Of a DNA stretch of 45,923 bases, positions 28,965 to 36,032 are shown one piece after another (within the stretch, counting starts at the first letter, position 1; every line of letters starts with the position of its first letter). A program made the translations under genes and the position numbers. The notes under the pieces are model-generated. The model made no database searches and had not been told where the DNA came from. It saw nothing but the letters and a program-made list of their open reading frames with translations. The stretch comes from an uncultured Bacilli bacterium (GTDB taxonomy: Bacteria > Bacillota_I > Bacilli_A > RF39 > UBA660), in the NCBI GenBank assembly GCA_944372485.1, contig CALVZI010000009.1, forward strand, positions 1-45,923, written 5' to 3'.

Positions 28965-28998
28965 AAAGAAATACAAAAATTTAGTATTTCTTTTTTTT
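28965..28998 (+). terminator. rho-independent terminator after the lipoprotein gene
   Basis: AGAAATAC (28967-28974) / GTATTTCT (28984-28991), 9-nt loop, followed by T8. Confidence 0.55.
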
Positions 28999-29097
28999 AT
29001 TTAACTTTTTTGATTAATTAAACTAACAAATTTTTAAAATTTATCATTTGCTATTATTAAAAAATTATTTTATATTCATTTTGAAAGGAGGTTTATA

Positions 29098-29427
29098 ATG
29101 AATCAATCAGTTGTAGTAGGTAGATTAGTTCGTGATCCAGAATTAAAGACAACTGACAATGGTAATTCAGTAACATCTGTAACTTTAGCTGTTCCAAGAA
29201 ATTATAAAAATATTGATGGTGAATATGAATCAGATTTTATTTCTTGTGTTTTATGGAAAGGTATTGCTGAAAATACTGTTGCTTATTGTAAAAAAGGAGA
29301 TTTAATTGCGGTTAAAGGTCGTATTCAATCACGTATTTATGAAGATAATGAAGAACAAAAAAAATATGTAATGGAAGTAATTGCTGAAAAAGTTAGTTTT
29401 CTATCAAGTAAGAAAAAAGAAGATTAA
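29098..29427 (+). CDS. ssb: single-stranded DNA-binding protein, short form lacking the acidic C-terminal tail (SsbB-like)
   Basis: MNQSVVVGRLVRDPELKTTDNGNSVTSVTLAV...W is the OB-fold SSB signature. The 109-aa protein ends SSKKKED, not D-D-D-I/L-P-F. Not in the rpsF-ssb-rpsR context. Confidence 0.85.
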   Translation: MNQSVVVGRLVRDPELKTTDNGNSVTSVTLAVPRNYKNIDGEYESDFISCVLWKGIAENTVAYCKKGDLIAVKGRIQSRIYEDNEEQKKYVMEVIAEKVSFLSSKKKED

Positions 29428-29621
29428 TTGTTATAATCTTCATAAAATAGGTCATCAGGTTTTAAATTAAATAAAGCACTTATTTTGATTGCTACATCAT
29501 AATAAAGTTTGCGTTGTTTCTTTTCAATTTGCCAATAGTGAGTTTTACTGATATTTAAAATCTTTGCCATATCACCACAACTCATATTAGCTTTTGAACG
29601 TATTTGTTTTAATTTAGACAT
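29424..29621 (-). CDS. small XRE-family helix-turn-helix regulator (65 aa, Cro-like)
   Basis: MSCGDMAKILNISKTHYWQIEKKQRKL is an HTH_XRE pattern; convergent 4-nt overlap with the ssb stop. Confidence 0.75.
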   Translation of the reverse strand: MSKLKQIRSKANMSCGDMAKILNISKTHYWQIEKKQRKLYYDVAIKISALFNLKPDDLFYEDYNN

Positions 29622-29650
29622 CTGATCACCTTCTTTAATATTATTATATA

Positions 29651-29698
29651 TTAACTAAAAGTAAATTTCAAGTCTAAAAATTAATTAAAAGTTAATTT
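29651..29698. promoter_or_regulatory. pair of direct repeats (candidate operators) in the divergent XRE promoter region
   Basis: TTAACTAAAAGTAAATTT (29651-29668) and TTAATTAAAAGTTAATTT (29681-29698); 16/18 identical, 30-bp period. Confidence 0.4.
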
Positions 29699-29761
29699 TG
29701 TAAACTTTAAAACGATTATTGTTATAATATTAACAGATAGATAACGGAGGTGTGATATATT

Positions 29762-30118
29762 GTGTTAATAGGTCAACGAATAAAAGAGGCGCGATTAAAA
29801 AAAGGGTATACACAAAGTGATTTGGGCAATTTACTTAATGTATCAAAAGTTTCAGTTTGTGGTTATGAAAGAGGTACACGAACACCAACCCTTGATATAT
29901 TTAATAAATTAACAGAAGTTTTAGATATTACACCAGATTATGCTTTAGGTAATGACGTTGGTGTTGTATATGAGGATGAAGCAAAATATACAACTAAGTT
30001 ATCTAAAGATGATATTAAAATAATAAATGAATTAAAGAAAAGTCCTAAATTATATAATAAATTTTGTGAAGATCCAAAAAGAATTATTGATGTTATAAAT
30101 CGTAAAATAAATTTATAA
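29762..30118 (+). CDS. XRE-family helix-turn-helix regulator (118 aa, cI-like)
   Basis: IGQRIKEARLKKGYTQSDLGNLLNVSKVSVCGYERGTRTPTLD is a canonical HTH_XRE; GTG start after RBS GGAGGTG. Confidence 0.8.
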   Translation: MLIGQRIKEARLKKGYTQSDLGNLLNVSKVSVCGYERGTRTPTLDIFNKLTEVLDITPDYALGNDVGVVYEDEAKYTTKLSKDDIKIINELKKSPKLYNKFCEDPKRIIDVINRKINL

Positions 30119-30123
30119 ATAAT

Positions 30124-30151
30124 AAGAATAGGTAACACTATTCTTGTTTTT
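30124..30151 (+). terminator. rho-independent terminator
   Basis: AAGAATAG-GTAACA-CTATTCTT followed by GTTTTT. Confidence 0.55.
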
Positions 30152-30184
30152 ATGATATACTTATTATAAGAATAGGGGAATAAT

Positions 30185-31459
30185 ATGAATATAGTAGATA
30201 TTATTAATAAAAAAAGAAAAAAAATTAGTTTAACTAAAGAAGAAATTGAATATGTTATAACTAATTATGTTTCTGAAAACATAACAGATTATCAAATGAG
30301 TGCACTACTTATGGCAATAACTATTAATGGTATGAGTGATGAGGAAACAATATATTTAACAGATGCTATGTTAAATAGTGGAGATAAGATTGATTTAACG
30401 TCTATTTCTGGAATTAAGTTAGATAAGCATTCAACTGGTGGTGTTGGTGATAAAACGACATTGATACTTGCTCCTATTGTTGCTGCAACAGGCTTAAATA
30501 TGGCTAAAATGAGTGGACGTGGTTTAGGGTTTACTGGTGGAACAATTGATAAATTAGAAGCTATTCCTGGTTTAAAAACTGATATGTCATTAAATGATTT
30601 TAAGAAACAAGTTGAAGAAATTCATGTAGCTATTGCTAGTGGTTCTAAAAAGTTAGTTCCAGCTGATAAAAAAATGTATGCATTACGCGATGTTACGGCA
30701 ACTGTTGAATCAATTCCTTTGATTGCTTCAAGTATTATGAGTAAGAAATTAGCTAGCGGAGCAGATGTTTTAGTAATTGATGTAAAAGTTGGTAATGGGG
30801 CTTTAATGAAAAATAAAGAGGATGCTAAAAAACTTGCTAATTTAATGATAAAAATTGGTAAGAACTACAATAAAAAAGTAGTTTGTATTTTAACTAATAT
30901 GTTTGAGCCACTTGGAGAAGCTATTGGAAATTCTTTAGAAGTAGAGGAAAGTATAAATGTTCTACAAGGAAAAGGACCTAAAGATATTACAAGTCTTGTA
31001 ATCTTTTTAGCAATTCAAATGGTTAAAATAGGTAAAGATATTACAATAGAAGAAGCTACCAAAGAAGTTCGTAATGTTTTAGTTACAGGAAAAGCTTTAA
31101 ATAAATTTTATGAAGTAATTAAATATCAACATGGAAATATTAAAGAAATGGTTATTTCAGATAAAGTAATTTCTATAAAAGCTAATAAGACAGGATTTAT
31201 AACTGAAATAAATACAGAAGCAATTGGTGAATTATCACGTAAGCTTGGAGCTGGACGTTATCAAAAAGAAGATGTAATTGATTCTAAGGTAGGTCTTAAA
31301 ATACTAAAAAAAGTAGGAGACTTCGTAATTAATGATGAAGAATTAGTTAAAGTATATTTAGGAGAAAAAGATATTAATATTAATGAAATATTAGATTGTT
31401 TTACTATAAATGAACATTATCACAAACCTAATCCATTAATAATAGAAACAATTGTTTAA
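30185..31459 (+). CDS. pdp: pyrimidine-nucleoside (thymidine) phosphorylase
   Basis: DYQMSALLMAI..., DKHSTGGVGDKT, MSGRGLGFTGGTIDKLE and LRDVTATVESIPLIASSIMSKK are the family blocks. Confidence 0.9.
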   Translation: MNIVDIINKKRKKISLTKEEIEYVITNYVSENITDYQMSALLMAITINGMSDEETIYLTDAMLNSGDKIDLTSISGIKLDKHSTGGVGDKTTLILAPIVAATGLNMAKMSGRGLGFTGGTIDKLEAIPGLKTDMSLNDFKKQVEEIHVAIASGSKKLVPADKKMYALRDVTATVESIPLIASSIMSKKLASGADVLVIDVKVGNGALMKNKEDAKKLANLMIKIGKNYNKKVVCILTNMFEPLGEAIGNSLEVEESINVLQGKGPKDITSLVIFLAIQMVKIGKDITIEEATKEVRNVLVTGKALNKFYEVIKYQHGNIKEMVISDKVISIKANKTGFITEINTEAIGELSRKLGAGRYQKEDVIDSKVGLKILKKVGDFVINDEELVKVYLGEKDININEILDCFTINEHYHKPNPLIIETIV

Positions 31460-31539
31460 CGTCAAATATTGTCAAATAAAATCTATTTACTTGATAATAA
31501 ATATTTTATAGTATATTATAATAATAGGGAGTGATATTT

Positions 31540-31746
31540 ATGATATATCCATCAATTGATAAAATGTTAACACAAATTGGTTCTAAATATTTATTAGTTA
31601 ATATAATTTCTAAAAGAGCCAAAGAAATGGAAGTAACAAAACATTATCAATTAAAAGAAGAAGAGTATGTATCAAAGAAAAATATTGGTCGTGCTCTTGA
31701 GGAATTATCTAAAAATTTAATCCACATAAAAGAGAATAATGATTAA
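31540..31746 (+). CDS. rpoZ: DNA-directed RNA polymerase subunit omega
   Basis: MIYPSIDKMLTQIGSKYLLVNIISKRAKEM is the RpoZ N-terminal signature. RBS GGGAGTGA lies 4-5 nt before ATG 31540. Confidence 0.8.
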   Translation: MIYPSIDKMLTQIGSKYLLVNIISKRAKEMEVTKHYQLKEEEYVSKKNIGRALEELSKNLIHIKENND

Positions 31747-31805
31747 TTATTCTTTTTTTGTACACTTATTAGATTTATTTACATATATTAAAATAGGTGA
31801 TTAAC

Positions 31806-32171
31806 ATGAATACAAAAGAAAAATTTAAACTTTTTGTAAAATCACATCCTAGTTTATTAAAGTATGTAAAAAATGAACAAATGACTTGGCAAAAATTTTA
31901 TGAATTATATGATATGTATGGTGAAGATGAAAATATTTGGAAAGAATACTTAACAACCACAACACAACAAGTAAATGAAACTAAAAAAAGTAATGTATCT
32001 TCGTTAGGTGAACTCATGGGATTTGTTAAAAATATTGACTTAGATAGTGTTGAAAATGGAATAAATAGTTTACAAAGAGTACTAGGTGTTTTACAAGATT
32101 TTGGAACTAATAAAGCAACAACAGAAAATAGTTATAAGCCTAGACCCCTTTATAAACATTTTGAAGATTAA
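31806..32171 (+). CDS. YlbD-like protein
   Basis: FKLFVKSHPSLLKYVKNEQMTWQKFYELYDMYGEDENIWKEY resembles Bacillus YlbD; synteny with ylbE-like and rsmD. Confidence 0.6.
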   Translation: MNTKEKFKLFVKSHPSLLKYVKNEQMTWQKFYELYDMYGEDENIWKEYLTTTTQQVNETKKSNVSSLGELMGFVKNIDLDSVENGINSLQRVLGVLQDFGTNKATTENSYKPRPLYKHFED

Positions 32172-32392
32172 TGATATTAGATGTTCAATTTAAAATAAAA
32201 AACAATCCCTATTATCAAAGATATATTCGTGAAAATTCTTATTGGTATAAAATATTAAATAGAGAACCTAATCGTTTTAAAGAGTTTGAAGAACAAGCTA
32301 AAGAAAGGTATGGATTACGTCCTGCTGATAAACTAAATCGTATGTTAGAAACAGTTGAAATGTTACAAACAATTATGTCATCTTTTAAATAA
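32171..32392 (+). CDS. YlbE-like protein
   Basis: QRYIRENSYWYKILNREPNRFKEFE resembles Bacillus YlbE (L-R-E-x-P-Y-W-Y-R-x-L-S-R-x-P); ATGA-type junction with the upstream gene. Confidence 0.6.
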   Translation: MILDVQFKIKNNPYYQRYIRENSYWYKILNREPNRFKEFEEQAKERYGLRPADKLNRMLETVEMLQTIMSSFK

Positions 32393-32421
32393 TTGTGGTA
32401 AAATATTACTTAGGTGATATA

Positions 32422-32958
32422 ATGCGTATTATTAGTGGTAAATATAAAGGAAGAAATATTTTAGGATATAATATTATTGGTACTAGACCAACAATGGATC
32501 GTGTACGTGAATCTTTATTCGCAATGATTCAAAACAAAGTAAAAAATTCAGTTTGTTTAGATCTATTTGCTGGAAGTGGTTCATTAGGATTTGAAGCTTT
32601 AAGTAATGGAGCTTTAAAATGTTATTTTGTTGATAAAAATATTAAAGTAATTAACACTTTAAAAAAGAATTATAATAATTCAAAAATAGAAGAAGAATGT
32701 TATTTTATAAATAATGATTATTTAAAAGCTTTACAACAATTTAAAAGACAAGGAATAAAATTTGATATTATTTTCTTAGATCCACCATATGATGATAATT
32801 TAATTACTCCAACGTTAAAATCTATTTATGAATTAGATTTACTATCAGATGAGGGCATTATTATTTGTGAATATGAAAAAGAAAAGATTGAGTTTAACTA
32901 TGAAGTTATAAAAGAAAAAAAATATGGTGATAAATACATAACTATTTTAAAAAAATAG
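32422..32958 (+). CDS. rsmD: 16S rRNA (guanine966-N2)-methyltransferase RsmD
   Basis: MRIISGKYKGR...RPTMDRVRESLF...LDLFAGSGSLGFEALSNGA...IFLDPPY. RBS TAGGTGA precedes ATG 32422. Confidence 0.85.
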   Translation: MRIISGKYKGRNILGYNIIGTRPTMDRVRESLFAMIQNKVKNSVCLDLFAGSGSLGFEALSNGALKCYFVDKNIKVINTLKKNYNNSKIEEECYFINNDYLKALQQFKRQGIKFDIIFLDPPYDDNLITPTLKSIYELDLLSDEGIIICEYEKEKIEFNYEVIKEKKYGDKYITILKK

Positions 32959-33025
32959 TTTTTTTTTGATAAAAAAAAGGAAATAGAAAAGTTTTAGAGT
33001 ATATAACTAATGAGGGGGTGAAAAA

Positions 33026-35107
33026 GTGTTTAAACATTTTCCTTTTATAAAACAATTAAATGAAAAAGATTGTGGTGTATGCTCATTAGCTATGATAATA
33101 AAATATTATGGTGGTAATTATACTTTAAATGAACTTAGAAAATTAACTAATACTAATAATCATGGCACAACAGCTTATCATTTAATTGAAGCAAGTAAAA
33201 GAATTGGTTTTACTGCAAAAGGAATAAAATGTAAATTTGATGATTTAAATAAAGATAACTTTGTACTACCATGTATTGCTCATTTAAAATATGAAAGTAG
33301 TGGTCATTATATCGTTATATATAAAGTCGATTTTAAAAAAAAGACAATTGTTATAGCTGATCCAGCTAGTAAAATTAAAACAATAATTTTTGATGATTTT
33401 ATAAAAGATTGGAATGAAGTATTAATATTCTTATATCCTATAACAAAACTTGAAATACATAAAAATACGCCAATATATAAAATTATATTTAGTTTATTTA
33501 AACAAAATAAAAAATTATTAATAAATATAATTATATTATCATTATTAATAACACTGTCAAACATTATCACTTCCTTCTATTTAAAGACAATTGTTGAATC
33601 ATTAAAGCAATATTATTTTTTACAAAACTTAATATTAATTTCTCTGTTTTTTGGAACTTTTTATGTATTTAAAAATATAACTTTATATTATCGAAATATT
33701 GTTATTATTTATTTAAATCAAAAAATAGACTTAACATTAGTAATAGATGTTATTAAACACTTAATTCATCTTCCTTATCTTTATTATCACAACCATACTA
33801 CTGGTGATGTTATTCAAAGAATCAGTGATGCAATGACAATAAAAAATTCTTTTACTAATATTTTAATTTTTATTACAACTGATTTAATATTATTTTTATC
33901 TTCTTTATTATTAATAATTTTTATTAATGAAAAATTAACTTTAATACTACTAATTTATATTTTTATTTATTTTTGTTTATATTTATTATTTAAAAATATT
34001 ATTGTAACAACACTAAATAATTGTAAACAAGAAGAAGCACATCTAAACACTTCACTAACAGAATCTTTAATTGGTATTAATAGTATTAAAGGATTACACT
34101 TAGAAACTAATTTTGATAATAAGTTAGAAACTAATTTAATTAATTATTCATTAAAACAAAAAGGATTAGGGAAGATATTAAATTTAAGAAGTTTAATTTA
34201 TAATTTATTAAAAGATATAAACTTTATAATATTTATAAGTTTTATTATGTATTTAATAGTTCAAAAAGAATTAAGTACAAATAGTATCCTCATTATTCAA
34301 AGTTTGTTATTTAATATAATGAATAGTTTAGATAGTTTTACTAATTTAGATGTTGAACTTAGTAATTTAAAATTATCTTTACAAAGATTAATTGATTTAC
34401 AAGAAGAGAAATTAAAAGATGGTGTAATTAATAAATTATATTTAAAAGAGATTAATATTAAGAAATTATCTTATAGTAATGATAAGAATGTTCAAGTATT
34501 AAAAGATATAACGCTAAATATTAAGAAAGGAGAAAAGATAGTACTTGTTGGAACAAGTGGTAGTGGAAAGAGTACACTTTTAAAACTATGTTCTAATTTT
34601 TATATTAGTAAGCGGGATAAAATATTTTTTAATGATTTTGATTACTTAGATTATAGTGATAAAGCACGTAAAAAAAATATTACGTATTTATCTCAAGATG
34701 AATATTTATTTACGGGAACGATACTAAATAATATAATTATGAATCGAAGTTATGATGAATTAATATTAAAAAAAGTAATAAAAATATGTAAAATAGATTT
34801 AATTGTAAAAGATAAGAATTTGGGACTTAATACTTTAATTGAAGAAGGTGGAGTAAATTTATCAGGAGGAGAAAAGAATAGAATAATACTTGCCCGGTAT
34901 CTTTTAAAAGCGACAAATTATATTTTTATAGATGAAGGATTAAGTCAAATAGATATAAATATGGAAAGACAAATATTAAAAGATATGTTTAAGTATTTTA
35001 GGGATAAGACATTTGTAATAGTATCACATCGCTTAGATAATTTAGATTTATTTGATCGAATGATTAAATTAAAAGAAGGACAAGTTATTTTAGATGTATC
35101 AAAATAG
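33026..35107 (+). CDS. bacteriocin/double-glycine peptide ABC exporter with N-terminal C39 peptidase domain (ComA/LagD/LcnC type)
   Basis: C39 domain has QLNEKDCGVCSLAMIIKYYGG (catalytic Cys), SGHYIVIYK (His) and IADP (Asp). Six TM segments. Walker A GTSGSGKST, signature LSGGEKNRIILAR, Walker B IFIDEGLSQID, H-loop VSHR. GTG start after GAGGGGGTG. Confidence 0.9.
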   Translation: MFKHFPFIKQLNEKDCGVCSLAMIIKYYGGNYTLNELRKLTNTNNHGTTAYHLIEASKRIGFTAKGIKCKFDDLNKDNFVLPCIAHLKYESSGHYIVIYKVDFKKKTIVIADPASKIKTIIFDDFIKDWNEVLIFLYPITKLEIHKNTPIYKIIFSLFKQNKKLLINIIILSLLITLSNIITSFYLKTIVESLKQYYFLQNLILISLFFGTFYVFKNITLYYRNIVIIYLNQKIDLTLVIDVIKHLIHLPYLYYHNHTTGDVIQRISDAMTIKNSFTNILIFITTDLILFLSSLLLIIFINEKLTLILLIYIFIYFCLYLLFKNIIVTTLNNCKQEEAHLNTSLTESLIGINSIKGLHLETNFDNKLETNLINYSLKQKGLGKILNLRSLIYNLLKDINFIIFISFIMYLIVQKELSTNSILIIQSLLFNIMNSLDSFTNLDVELSNLKLSLQRLIDLQEEKLKDGVINKLYLKEINIKKLSYSNDKNVQVLKDITLNIKKGEKIVLVGTSGSGKSTLLKLCSNFYISKRDKIFFNDFDYLDYSDKARKKNITYLSQDEYLFTGTILNNIIMNRSYDELILKKVIKICKIDLIVKDKNLGLNTLIEEGGVNLSGGEKNRIILARYLLKATNYIFIDEGLSQIDINMERQILKDMFKYFRDKTFVIVSHRLDNLDLFDRMIKLKEGQVILDVSK

Positions 35108-35546
35108 AACTTATATAATAAATCAAAAATTACCTAAAATGATTTATTTTATTATTTTTATATCACTCTTTACTTTAATATTTGTTTTAATTTTTATTAT
35201 TATTCCTATAAAAAGAATAATTTCATTCGATGGTTTTGTTGTGTTAGAAGATAATAGATATTATATTAAAATATATGTTGGTGATGAAGATCTAAAAAAG
35301 ATTAATTGCCATAATGTTATAGTAGATGAAAAAAAGACAAAGTTAGATTATTTTACTATTAAAGAAGCTTATAAAGTAGATAATAGTTTAGAAATTTATC
35401 ACGAAGTTTTTTTAAAAATTGAAATTCCAAAAGAAAAAAGAGTTGAAAATTATAAACTTGAAGTAATGTTTATTCAACCAAAAACGACATACTTAAAAGA
35501 AATAATTAATTATGTGAAACGGGGGTTATATGAAGGAATTAACTAA
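35094..35546 (+). CDS. single-pass membrane accessory protein of the exporter (miniature HlyD-like?)
   Basis: Overlaps the exporter stop by 14 nt. N-terminal TM IYFIIFISLFTLIFVLIFIIIPI then about 110 external residues. The ends resemble HlyD beta-domain blocks, but the assignment is tentative. Confidence 0.6.
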   Translation: MYQNRTYIINQKLPKMIYFIIFISLFTLIFVLIFIIIPIKRIISFDGFVVLEDNRYYIKIYVGDEDLKKINCHNVIVDEKKTKLDYFTIKEAYKVDNSLEIYHEVFLKIEIPKEKRVENYKLEVMFIQPKTTYLKEIINYVKRGLYEGIN

Positions 35547-35670
35547 AAATGAATTATTAGATATCGAAGGTGGTTCTCTTAGTCTAGGAGCTTGTTTAGC
35601 TATTGGGGCTGGAATAGTATTTCTACTTGGAGTTATAGATGGCTTGGTTAGGCCTTTGGAATGCAGGTAA
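35530..35670 (+). CDS. double-glycine-leader peptide 1 (bacteriocin precursor candidate, 46 aa; not in the ORF track)
   Basis: MKELTKNELLDIEGG / SLSLGACLAIGAGIVFLLGVIDGLVRPLECR. The leader fits L-12 E-8 L-7 I-4 G-2 G-1. RBS ACGGGGG. Overlaps the accessory gene end by 17 nt. Confidence 0.75.
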   Translation: MKELTKNELLDIEGGSLSLGACLAIGAGIVFLLGVIDGLVRPLECR

Positions 35671-35673
35671 GAT

Positions 35674-35841
35674 ATGAAAGTATTAAAAGATGAAGAACTA
35701 TTTAATATTGTAGGTGGCTCTATAAGTGCCAGTATGATAAATTATTTAGTAAGAGGAATAGAAGCTATTTTTGAATTAGGGCAAAGTTTTGGAACAGCCA
35801 TCAGAAGAGCTAAAGAAAATAAAATATGTCCCTTAGAATAA
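35674..35841 (+). CDS. double-glycine-leader peptide 2 (bacteriocin precursor candidate, 55 aa; not in the ORF track)
   Basis: MKVLKDEELFNIVGG / SISASMINYLVRGIEAIFELGQSFGTAIRRAKENKICPLE. Same leader pattern. RBS AGGTAAG. Starts 3 nt after the peptide 1 stop. Confidence 0.75.
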   Translation: MKVLKDEELFNIVGGSISASMINYLVRGIEAIFELGQSFGTAIRRAKENKICPLE

Positions 35842-35963
35842 AAAATTATATTATAAAAATATTAATATTTATAATAACATTATCACTACTAGGATATGTT
35901 ATAAATTTCATTTTTAATATTGGAGTAATATTAGGAACTTATCTTCGTTATATAATGAATTAA
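35826..35963 (+). CDS. 45-aa hydrophobic peptide, candidate bacteriocin immunity protein (not in the ORF track)
   Basis: MSLRIKNYIIKILIFIITLSLLGYVINFIFNIGVILGTYLRYIMN. Overlaps peptide gene 2 by 16 nt and ends at the operon terminator; weak RBS. Confidence 0.4.
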   Translation: MSLRIKNYIIKILIFIITLSLLGYVINFIFNIGVILGTYLRYIMN

Positions 35964-35986
35964 AGCAATTTTTATTGCTTTTTTTC
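35962..35986 (+). terminator. rho-independent terminator of the bacteriocin operon
   Basis: AAAGCAAT-TTTT-ATTGCTTT followed by a T-run. Confidence 0.65.
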
Positions 35987-35994
35987 TTTACAAC

Positions 35995-36008
35995 CGAAAC
36001 TTTGTTCG
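35995..36008 (+). promoter_or_regulatory. LexA operator (Cheo/SOS box) of dinB
   Basis: CGAAACTTTGTTCG matches CGAAC-N4-GTTCG at 9 of 10 defined positions and abuts TATAAT 36010-36015. Confidence 0.65.
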
Positions 36009-36032
36009 TTATAATATATATAAGGTGGTTAG

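Noticed and set aside
29098-30118. Prophage or ICE remnant (ssb plus cI/Cro-like pair)
   Set aside because: No integrase, recombinase, replication, structural or lysis genes, and no att-like direct repeats in the flanks. The neighbours are housekeeping genes. Kept only as an orphan-switch observation.
29938-30138. 66-aa minus-strand ORF
   Set aside because: Antisense inside the 118-aa XRE gene, which has a canonical HTH.
33307-33570. 87-aa minus-strand ORF
   Set aside because: Antisense inside the C39-ABC exporter gene.
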